A DNA stretch of 32,000 nucleotides, taken from positions 1,950,001 through 1,982,000 of the forward strand of contig NZ_CP089976.1 in NCBI RefSeq assembly GCF_022701215.1, given 5' to 3'. Positions 9,968 through 16,186 of the stretch are shown here, one piece after another; the stretch's first letter is position 1, and each line of letters opens with the position of its first letter. A model generated the notes under the pieces. It was not told the DNA's origin. It searched no databases and saw only the letters and a program-made list of their open reading frames with translations. The stretch is from Moraxella nasovis. GTDB taxonomy: Bacteria; Pseudomonadota; Gammaproteobacteria; Pseudomonadales; Moraxellaceae. A program made the position numbers and the translations under genes.

Positions 9968-9996
9968 TTGACTGGCTAGCCAGTAGCAGGTATAAT
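9968..9996 (+). promoter_or_regulatory. Near-consensus late promoter (PR'-like)
   Basis: TTGACT (9968-9973), a 17-nt spacer, then TATAAT (9991-9996), 74 nt after the Q-like stop. Confidence 0.6.
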
Positions 9997-10052
9997 CTAC
10001 CCATAATCAAGAAGTGTGTAAATTTTCTTGGTTATTATAAGAATTTGATTTT

Positions 10053-10082
10053 AAAACCCTTGCAAGCTAGCAAGGGTTTTTT
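10053..10082. terminator. Bidirectional rho-independent terminator (tR'-like, and also the hicAB terminator)
   Basis: aaaaCCCTTGC-aagcta-GCAAGGGtttttt is a perfect 7-bp GC-rich stem flanked by an A-run and a T-run. It sits about 50-80 nt downstream of the late promoter and 40 nt past the hicB stop on the other strand. Confidence 0.75.
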
Positions 10083-10121
10083 ATTTGCCAATCTTTCTAG
10101 AAGAAAAAGATAGTTTTTGCT

Positions 10122-10532
10122 TTACGCCATCAAATCACGACTGGCAAGCTGCGCCAAATAGTTGCTACGGCTTTTATATAGCGATTTATGAGCGGATACT
10201 TTTTCATCAATCCGTGCAATCAGACGAGATGGCAAGGTTACGTTGATTTTTTCGCTTTTACCCATATAGGCAGATAGGTCAATATCTACCACCGCCCATG
10301 TCATGCCTTGATAGTCTGGGTTTTTTGCATGGTCTGCAACATTTTTGGCAAGTGGAATGTCATCACCGTCCTTTGCTAATCCGTCAAGGTGTAGGCTGAT
10401 GGCTTCATGAACGCTTTTGATGGCATCATCTAAACTGTTTCCTGCACTAAAACAGCCTGGTAAGTCAGGGACAATCACGCCAAAACATTCATTATCATTG
10501 GCAGGGCTTTCAATGGCGATGGGGTAATACAT
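10122..10532 (-). CDS. hicB: HicB antitoxin (RNase-H-like N-domain plus RHH C-domain)
   Basis: MYYPIAIE…FGVIVPDLPGCFSAG.SLDDAI…EAI.LHL is the canonical HicB N-terminus. The C-terminal …INVTLPSRLIARIDEKV… is a ribbon-helix-helix. Confidence 0.9.
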   Translation of the reverse strand: MYYPIAIESPANDNECFGVIVPDLPGCFSAGNSLDDAIKSVHEAISLHLDGLAKDGDDIPLAKNVADHAKNPDYQGMTWAVVDIDLSAYMGKSEKINVTLPSRLIARIDEKVSAHKSLYKSRSNYLAQLASRDLMA

Positions 10533-10564
10533 GGGTTCTCCTATGGGATTAAGTGCCAGCTGGG

Positions 10565-10747
10565 TTAGTTTAACCCAGCTTGTTTTAAAATGCTCTTGTA
10601 GGTGCCAATGGGTATGTCTTTGTCAGGGTGCTTTACCGTAACTTTCCCCTTTTTAGTGGGGTGTTTGTATTGGTGATGGCTACCAACTACGTTTACTTCA
10701 TACCAACCGTCATCAATGAGCATTTTGATGATAACACGGCTTTGCAC
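10565..10747 (-). CDS. hicA: HicA mRNA interferase toxin
   Basis: A 60-aa ORF with …KMLIDDGWYEVNVVGSHHQYKHPTKKGKVTVKHP.KDIPIGTYKSILKQAGL, the HicA signature. It has a GTG start and an AGGAG RBS. Confidence 0.9.
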   Translation of the reverse strand: MQSRVIIKMLIDDGWYEVNVVGSHHQYKHPTKKGKVTVKHPDKDIPIGTYKSILKQAGLN

Positions 10748-10776
10748 TTAATCACTCCTGTTGTAAATATGGAGTT

Positions 10777-10805
10777 ATTATAACCCCAAATGACAATTAG
10801 TTCAA
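10777..10805 (-). promoter_or_regulatory. hicAB promoter
   Basis: The minus strand reads TTGAAC (10805-10800), a 17-nt spacer, then TATAAT (10782-10777). Three GAGTTATT(A/T) repeats flank it (10772-10780, 10807-10815, 10816-10824). Confidence 0.5.
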
Positions 10806-10856
10806 GAGTTATTAGAGTTATTTTTAAAAATATTTGATAAAAAAGGAGCGTAAGCT

Positions 10857-11321
10857 ATGGCGAAACTTACGCCAAAACAAGAACAATTTTGCCAAAAATA
10901 CATAGAGCTGGGCAATGCGTCTGAAGCCTATCGCCAAAGCTACAATGCTAAAAATATGAAAGATGAAACGGTTAACCGCAACGCAAAAGCCTTATTAGAC
11001 AACAACAAGATTACAACAAGATTAAACGAACTTCGCCAAGCCCACGCCAACCGCCATGATGTGACGATTGATGAGATGTTATCAGCTTATGATGAAGCAT
11101 ATCAAATCGCCAAACTGAACGAGAACCCAACGGCGATGATTAGTGCCATTAATGCCAAAGTTAAGGTCTTAGGCATGGATAGGCAGTCAAAATCAGAGAT
11201 TAGGATTAAAGAGTTAGAAGCCCAATTAAAACAGCTTGAAATTGACCGCCTAAAAGCTCAGATGATAGACACTACAGGCAATGAAATTCAAATTAACGTG
11301 GTAAGGGTTAAAAATGAATGA
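10857..11321 (+). CDS. Terminase small subunit
   Basis: MAKLTPKQEQFCQKYIELGNASEAYRQSY…NAKALL.NNKI is the typical Terminase_2-type N-terminal HTH. It overlaps the TerL start by 4 nt. Confidence 0.85.
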   Translation: MAKLTPKQEQFCQKYIELGNASEAYRQSYNAKNMKDETVNRNAKALLDNNKITTRLNELRQAHANRHDVTIDEMLSAYDEAYQIAKLNENPTAMISAINAKVKVLGMDRQSKSEIRIKELEAQLKQLEIDRLKAQMIDTTGNEIQINVVRVKNE

Positions 11322-12502
11322 AATTAGATTTAACACTGACCGCTCCACAAGACGACTTTGTATTTAGTGATGAGATTTATCCGCTATTTGTCGGTGGTTT
11401 TGGTAGCGGTAAATCAGAAGCGTTATTTAAACGCTTAATTATCCAAAAGCTAAAATACAGACAGTTAAGCCAAGGGTATTTTGCTCCAACGCATGATTTG
11501 ATACGGCTTATTGCTTTTCCACGCATTAGCCAACTGCTGACAGATTGCGGTTTGTCGTTTAAGCTTAATAAATCTGAAAAGATATTTTATATCGCAGGTT
11601 TTGGTGAGATTATTTGCCGTAGCATGGATAATCCTGATAGCATTGTTGGTTTTGAAATTGCTGACGCTGTTATTGATGAGCTAGATACCTTAAAGACTGA
11701 ACACGCTAAAAATGCGTGGAATAAAATCATCGCGCGGTGCCGTCAAAAAAAGCCTGATGGCAAGCCAAACACGGCAGCAGTTGGCACAACGCCAGAGGGC
11801 TTTCGTTTTTGTTATGAGCGTTGGGTAAAAAATAGCGGTACGCACTATCAGCTGTATCAAGCACCAACCGCGTCAAATCCTTATTTACCGCCAAGCTATA
11901 TAGACAGCTTAAAGGCAAGTTATCCACAAAAGTTATTAGATGCTTATCTAAACGGTCAATTTGTCAACTTAACAAGCGGTGCGGTTTATCCTGACTTTGA
12001 CCGTGTTTTAAATCACACAGACGCTGTTATTCAGGCAGGCGAGACCTTGCACATAGGTATGGACTTTAACGTGCTTAAAATGGCGTGCGTGGTGTTTGTC
12101 GTGCGTGATGGTATGCCTTTGGCGGTAGATGAGATAACAGGCGTTAGAGATACGCCAACGATGGCACAGATACTAAAAGAACGCTATAGCGGTCATGAAA
12201 TTTGTATTTACCCTGACGCAAGCGGACATAATACAAGTTCTAAAAACGCAAGTCTTTCAGACCATGATATTTTAAGACAATATGGCTTAAAGGTCTATGT
12301 AAACAGCACCAATCCAAGCATTAAAGACCGCTTAAATGCGGTTAATCGCTTAATCTTAGATGGGCAAGGTAAGCGAACATTTAAGGTAAACACCAAGCAA
12401 TGCACCGAGCTTACAGACGCACTAGAACAGCAGGTGTATGATAAAAACGGTATGCCCGTCATCAAGGTAAAACCAACAGCCAAATACGCCAAATCATATT
12501 AG
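11318..12502 (+). CDS. Terminase large subunit, C-terminally truncated
   Basis: Walker A is VGGFGSGKS. Nuclease-domain acidic motifs GMDFN and YPDASG are present. The ORF ends …YDKNGMPVIKVKPTAKYAKSY without the expected final DH..DA..Y-type block. The tail of the ORF is MuF-derived sequence read in another frame. Confidence 0.8.
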   Translation: MKLDLTLTAPQDDFVFSDEIYPLFVGGFGSGKSEALFKRLIIQKLKYRQLSQGYFAPTHDLIRLIAFPRISQLLTDCGLSFKLNKSEKIFYIAGFGEIICRSMDNPDSIVGFEIADAVIDELDTLKTEHAKNAWNKIIARCRQKKPDGKPNTAAVGTTPEGFRFCYERWVKNSGTHYQLYQAPTASNPYLPPSYIDSLKASYPQKLLDAYLNGQFVNLTSGAVYPDFDRVLNHTDAVIQAGETLHIGMDFNVLKMACVVFVVRDGMPLAVDEITGVRDTPTMAQILKERYSGHEICIYPDASGHNTSSKNASLSDHDILRQYGLKVYVNSTNPSIKDRLNAVNRLILDGQGKRTFKVNTKQCTELTDALEQQVYDKNGMPVIKVKPTAKYAKSY

Positions 12503-12795
12503 GTACAAAAGCACGCCGTTATCAAGATGGTATTACCAACGTAACCAAACGCCATGCTAATGCCATTGTAAGAACTATTGTACAACATGAAGCGTCACAA
12601 GCTAGGGGAGAACTTGCCAAACAGCTAGGCATTGATGAGATTAAAGTAGTAGCAACCTTAGATGGTCGCACAAGTAGCATTTGCCGTAGCCTTGATGGGC
12701 AAATCTTACCTTTATCACAAAAACCGCCTTATCATGTTAATTGCCGTACAAGCTACATTTTATGGCATGGCAAAGATGTAAAAACTCGTGCAAGT
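12445..12795 (+). pseudogene. Start-less internal fragment of a MuF/SPP1-gp7-type head morphogenesis protein, in frame with ORF 12796-13830
   Basis: Frame 1 is open from 12445 with no ATG, GTG or TTG. It reads …GTKARRYQDGITNVTKRHANAIVRTIVQHEASQARGE…VVATLDGRTSSICRSLDGQILPLSQKPPYHVNCRTS…, the conserved ATLDxRTxxxCxxLDG…PPxHxNCR core of the Phage_Mu_F domain. Confidence 0.7.
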
Positions 12796-13830
12796 ATGAA
12801 CGGAGTAGTTAAAAACCAAACCTATTATGAATGGCTTGCCACGCAAGATGATAAGTTTCAAGATTTTGTATTAGGTAAAGAGCGTGCTAAGTTATTTCGT
12901 GATGGCGGTTTATCACCCACAGAATTTAGCGATTTACAGCTGGATAAAAACTTTAAGCCTAGAACGCTTGATGAGATTAGGGCAATAGAGCCTAAGGGGT
13001 TTGAAGGGGTGTTTGGTGATGTGTTACAATCATCAAAAATAGATGAGAGTGCCATAATGCGAACTGATTGGGGTGATTTTCCTAATGCGTTAATTGCTCA
13101 CACCAAAGATACCATCACCACGCATAAATACTACCAAAAAGCCAAGGCGGGTGATGCACAAAGTGCGTTTTTATTGGTTGATGAGTTTTTGAGTGATGAC
13201 TTTGTCAAGGAAATGGGTCAATCCATACGTCATTATAAGGATGTGCATATTGTGCCAGTTCATGCCGAAGAACAACAAGGGCGTAATAAGATCCCTATGG
13301 CGTACGCATTGGCGTTGTCAGAAATACTAGGTGTTAAGATGGACTTGGGGATTGTACAAGCAGACAGGGCGTATCGTACGTCATCTGATGGGGTTGGACG
13401 GCTACTAAAGCGTGTGAATTTTGACGGTGATGTGGTGGCAGGTCGCCATTATGTGATTGTTGATGATGTCATCACACAAGGCGGTACTTTGGCAGATTTA
13501 CACAGTTTTATTGAAAATAAAGGCGGCAGTGTGATTTTGGCAAGTACCTTGAATGGTAAGCCAAATTCTGCTAAACTACCCATAACAAAAGCTACGCTTG
13601 GGCAATTCGCAAACAAGCTGGCAAAGAACTTGAACACTGGTGGCAGGAGCAATTTGGTTATGACTTCTCAAAATTCACAGAATCTGAAGCAAGATACCTT
13701 GCCAAACAAATCCACAGGTACGGCATTGACAGCGTCCGAGATACGCTCTTTACGTCAAGACTTAAAAGAGGCTTATGAACAAGGCAAGGGTTTTTTCAAG
13801 GCTAGGCGATTGCAGACCTCTCACTATTAG
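12796..13830 (+). CDS. MuF C-terminal linker fused to a type-I phosphoribosyltransferase-like domain. The 3' end is probably corrupted.
   Basis: GRHYVIVDDVITQGGTLADL is a classic PRPP-binding loop (hydrophobic4-DD-x-x-T-x-G-x-T). It is preceded by VHIVPVHAEEQQGRNKIPMAYALALS. After about 13600 the given frame becomes low-complexity, while frame 0 reads a plausible AIRKQAGKELEHWWQEQFGYDFSKFTESEARYLAKQIHRYGIDSVRDTL. Confidence 0.6.
   Translation: MNGVVKNQTYYEWLATQDDKFQDFVLGKERAKLFRDGGLSPTEFSDLQLDKNFKPRTLDEIRAIEPKGFEGVFGDVLQSSKIDESAIMRTDWGDFPNALIAHTKDTITTHKYYQKAKAGDAQSAFLLVDEFLSDDFVKEMGQSIRHYKDVHIVPVHAEEQQGRNKIPMAYALALSEILGVKMDLGIVQADRAYRTSSDGVGRLLKRVNFDGDVVAGRHYVIVDDVITQGGTLADLHSFIENKGGSVILASTLNGKPNSAKLPITKATLGQFANKLAKNLNTGGRSNLVMTSQNSQNLKQDTLPNKSTGTALTASEIRSLRQDLKEAYEQGKGFFKARRLQTSHY
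12941..13005 (+). repeat. 65-nt homology block, copy 1 (linker LDKNFKPRTLDEIRAIEPKGFE)
   Basis: tggataaaaactttaagcctagaacgcttgatgagattagggcaatagagcctaaggggtttgaa differs at only 3 positions from 13936-14000. Two of the 3 differences are synonymous. Confidence 0.9.
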
Positions 13831-13904
13831 AGACAAAATCCTTGCGTCAAGACCTTAAAGATGCCTATCATCAGATAATGAAAATGGATCAAAAATGATA
13901 ATCA

Positions 13905-13933
13905 AACACCGTTCTAAATGAGCGGTGTTTTTT
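13905..13933 (+). terminator. Rho-independent terminator after cassette 1
   Basis: AACACCG-ttctaaatgag-CGGTGTT plus a T-run. It is nearly the same element as 14631-14658, and both are followed by ATTGGATAA. Confidence 0.7.
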
Positions 13934-13934
13934 A

Positions 13935-14480
13935 TTGGATAAAAACTTTAAACCTAGAACACTTGATGAGATTAAGGCAATAGAGCCTAAGGGGTTTGAA
14001 AGGGCGTTTAAAAATCCCTTACCGATTGATGATGGTAGCTTAAAACAAAATATTGAACGTCTATTACCAAAGGTGAAGAACCTAGATAGAAATAGTTCAA
14101 TGGCGTTTAGAAAACAACACGCCATAGGGCAAAAATGGACAGTAGCAACCATCAGTGAGAAAGCACAAAAACAGTTAGGTGCAAAAACAAAAGACGTTTG
14201 GCTATCTGATGATACCTTAATCAAAATGATTATCCATCACCCAGAACAGGCGGATTTACCACTATTTTTATCGGTGCAGGATATTTTAGATAATGCGATT
14301 ACAGTTATTCAAGAAGATGATTATAGAGCAAGTTTTTTTAAACGTGGCGATGGTATTTATCAAGCAACCCTAAAAGCCACGCAAGACAGACAAGAGATTT
14401 ATTTGTTGACGGTTTTTAAGATGAGTGAGAAAGAATTTGAGAAGACTAAGAAAAGAAAGGCAAATAAGATAATAAAATAG
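13935..14480 (+). CDS. Orphan MuF C-terminal cassette with no ATG or RBS. The domain resembles the MuF_C / phage BECR-like (PBECR) alpha+beta domains.
   Basis: It opens with the repeated linker (L)DKNFKPRTLDEIKAIEPKGFE. Then …DVWLSDDTLIKMIIHHPEQADLPLFLSVQDILDNAITVIQEDD.RASFFKRGDGIYQATLKAT.DRQEIYLLTVFKMS… resembles domains found at the ends of MuF or polyvalent phage proteins (from memory). The only possible start is TTG inside the terminator tail. Confidence 0.55.
   Translation: MDKNFKPRTLDEIKAIEPKGFERAFKNPLPIDDGSLKQNIERLLPKVKNLDRNSSMAFRKQHAIGQKWTVATISEKAQKQLGAKTKDVWLSDDTLIKMIIHHPEQADLPLFLSVQDILDNAITVIQEDDYRASFFKRGDGIYQATLKATQDRQEIYLLTVFKMSEKEFEKTKKRKANKIIK
13936..14000 (+). repeat. 65-nt homology block, copy 2 (5' end of the orphan cassette)
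   Basis: See 12941-13005. It begins directly after the terminator T-run. Confidence 0.9.
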
Positions 14481-14578
14481 CTACTGGTGGGACTACCACT
14501 CCCCACACCCTCCCTCTTACCCCACACGCTAGCGTGCTGTGGTTACGGCAGGTAGAATTCACCGTGTCGCAGTAGCTA
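14478..14578. other. C-rich structured element: a 9-bp closing inverted repeat enclosing a G-quadruplex/i-motif consensus and a 12-nt palindrome
   Basis: TAGCTACTG (14478-14486) pairs with CAGTAGCTA (14570-14578). C-tracts lie at 14501-04, 14508-10, 14512-14 and 14520-23, so the minus strand reads GGGG-TAAGA-GGG-A-GGG-TGT-GGGG. The palindrome CACGCTAGCGTG is at 14524-14535. Confidence 0.4.
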
Positions 14579-14630
14579 TATTGTTATTATACAGCTATTT
14601 ACTTAATTTATCAAATGGCTATAAGAATAT

Positions 14631-14658
14631 AACACCGTCTTTTGGCGGTGTTTTTTTT
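14631..14658 (+). terminator. Rho-independent terminator after cassette 2, a duplicate of 13905-13933
   Basis: AACACCG-tcttttgg-CGGTG plus T8, followed by ATTGGATAA (14659-14667). Confidence 0.7.
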
Positions 14659-14670
14659 ATTGGATAACCT

Positions 14671-15054
14671 ATGAACACCACAACCATACAAAAACTAATC
14701 GCCAAGCATATCGCCACTATGCCAAATTATAATCCTAAGGCATGGGTTACAGGCAATCATAACTATGTACCTACCGATATATGGCATAGAGTAAGCCTAC
14801 AAAGTGCAGGGGCTATCATGAGCGGTATGGCAGATAAGCCTATGAGCCGTGAGATAGGGGCGGTGGTGGTGCAAGTATTTACAAGGCAAAATATTGGCGA
14901 AAAAAGAGCAGTAGAACAAGCAGACACCATCGCTAATCATTTGGCGTATTATACTGATGAAAACTTAGAATTATTAACGCCATCGGTGGTTATAGTCGGT
15001 AGTGATAACGACTGGTGGCAAGTTAATGTGAGAGTGCCTTATCGGTATAAGTAA
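14671..15054 (+). CDS. Tail terminator / tail completion protein (DUF4128-like, gpU functional analog)
   Basis: A 127-aa ORF immediately upstream of the tail tube gene. Its end …WWQVNVRVPYRYK and overall pattern resemble the DUF4128 tail-terminator family (from memory). Confidence 0.55.
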   Translation: MNTTTIQKLIAKHIATMPNYNPKAWVTGNHNYVPTDIWHRVSLQSAGAIMSGMADKPMSREIGAVVVQVFTRQNIGEKRAVEQADTIANHLAYYTDENLELLTPSVVIVGSDNDWWQVNVRVPYRYK

Positions 15055-15086
15055 GCAAATTTTTGATTAAAATTCTAGGGTTTAGT

Positions 15087-15209
15087 ATGCAATCTATCAA
15101 TTTAAAGCCTGACAATTTTATTAAATTCTTTTGGCACATTGTGCTAATGATAGCGTTTTTAAAAGTAGTATGGGTAATTACCAACATTGCATTAGTGCAT
15201 TTTGGTTAA
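15087..15209 (+). CDS. Possible 40-aa single-TM peptide (MQSINLKPDNFIKFFWHIVLMIAFLKVVWVITNIALVHFG)
   Basis: An ATG ORF below the track's length cutoff, with a hydrophobic core and its own terminator at 15208-15243. The RBS is weak (tagggtttagtATG). Confidence 0.3.
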   Translation: MQSINLKPDNFIKFFWHIVLMIAFLKVVWVITNIALVHFG

Positions 15210-15243
15210 GCCCTTAGCAATCGCCCATTAGGGCTTTTTTTTT
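15208..15243 (+). terminator. Rho-independent terminator
   Basis: AAGCCCT…AGGGCTT stem followed by T9. Confidence 0.6.
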
Positions 15244-15254
15244 GGAGTAAATTT

Positions 15255-16175
15255 ATGTCAAGCGGTGCAAAAGTAGTAACAGCGTATGCCAAGCAGACCA
15301 CAAAAACCGTGCCAACTACAGGCTGGAAAATCTTGCCAAATATCAAAAACGGCTTATCGGTTAATAACACACTAACTGATAGCGAAATGTTATCAGGTTC
15401 ACGGATTAAATCGGCAGGCATGGTAACAGGCGGTGAAGTAGCAGGCGAGATAGAAACCGAATTACAATATGGCGTCTATGATGAGCTATTAGAAGCGGCA
15501 TTTTTTAATGAATGGCAAGCAGACGCAAGAAATACTAAGTTAAAAAAGCTTAGCATTGGTGATACTAAAAAGATGTTTGCCATATCAAAAGACTTTAGCG
15601 ATATTAACGTAAACCACGTCTTTACAGGCTGTGTTATCAATAGCCTAAAAATTGACATTACGACTGATAATCTTATCAAAGCTAATTTTGGGGTGATGGG
15701 GCAAGGCTATCAGCATAGCAAAGAGACATCATTTGCTAAAACCCCTGCTACTGCTACTGTAGGCAAACCTGCAAGCGGTTTATCCATCGGAACGATTAAA
15801 AAAGATGGTGCTGATATTGGTATTTGTGTTGAAAGCTTTAGTTTTGAGATTGACAATGGGGCAGAAGTACAAAAGTGCTTAGGCGATAATATCTATGGCG
15901 GTAATATCGTCGCTATGCTTGCTAATATTTCAGGCAGTTTAACGCTTGCCTATGGCGTAAAATCGCATGATTTAATCGTCAATCAATTAACAGGGGCAAC
16001 CGTATCGCTAGAAATCCCCATTTCATTTAATGAAACAGATAAATACATTATCAAAATACCAAAAATGCAAGTATCAGGGGAAATTCCAAGCCCATCAGGC
16101 ACTGACCTTGTCACCATTGATGTTAGCTATACCGTCGTTGAAGAAAGCCCAATTATTGAAAAACACCAAGCATAA
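15255..16175 (+). CDS. Major tail tube protein (gpV analog)
   Basis: A 306-aa ORF with a GGAG RBS in the canonical position (terminator protein - tube - chaperones - tape measure). The composition is beta-rich and Gly/Ser/Thr-rich. Confidence 0.7.
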   Translation: MSSGAKVVTAYAKQTTKTVPTTGWKILPNIKNGLSVNNTLTDSEMLSGSRIKSAGMVTGGEVAGEIETELQYGVYDELLEAAFFNEWQADARNTKLKKLSIGDTKKMFAISKDFSDINVNHVFTGCVINSLKIDITTDNLIKANFGVMGQGYQHSKETSFAKTPATATVGKPASGLSIGTIKKDGADIGICVESFSFEIDNGAEVQKCLGDNIYGGNIVAMLANISGSLTLAYGVKSHDLIVNQLTGATVSLEIPISFNETDKYIIKIPKMQVSGEIPSPSGTDLVTIDVSYTVVEESPIIEKHQA

Positions 16176-16186
16176 GGAGAACACAC

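Noticed and set aside
13889-14224. 111-aa minus-strand ORF overlapping the orphan cassette, considered as a possible immunity gene
   Set aside because: It is antisense to the conserved 65-nt repeat and to the protein-like plus-strand frame. The sequence is Cys/Phe/Ser-rich and implausible, and there is no RBS.
14478-14578. Possible tRNA or tRNA-like gene, because the 9-bp terminal stem resembles an acceptor stem
   Set aside because: The span is about 100 nt, too long for a tRNA. There is no T-loop (GTTCRANYC-type) or D-loop consensus, and no discriminator or CCA context. It is kept only as an unexplained structured element.
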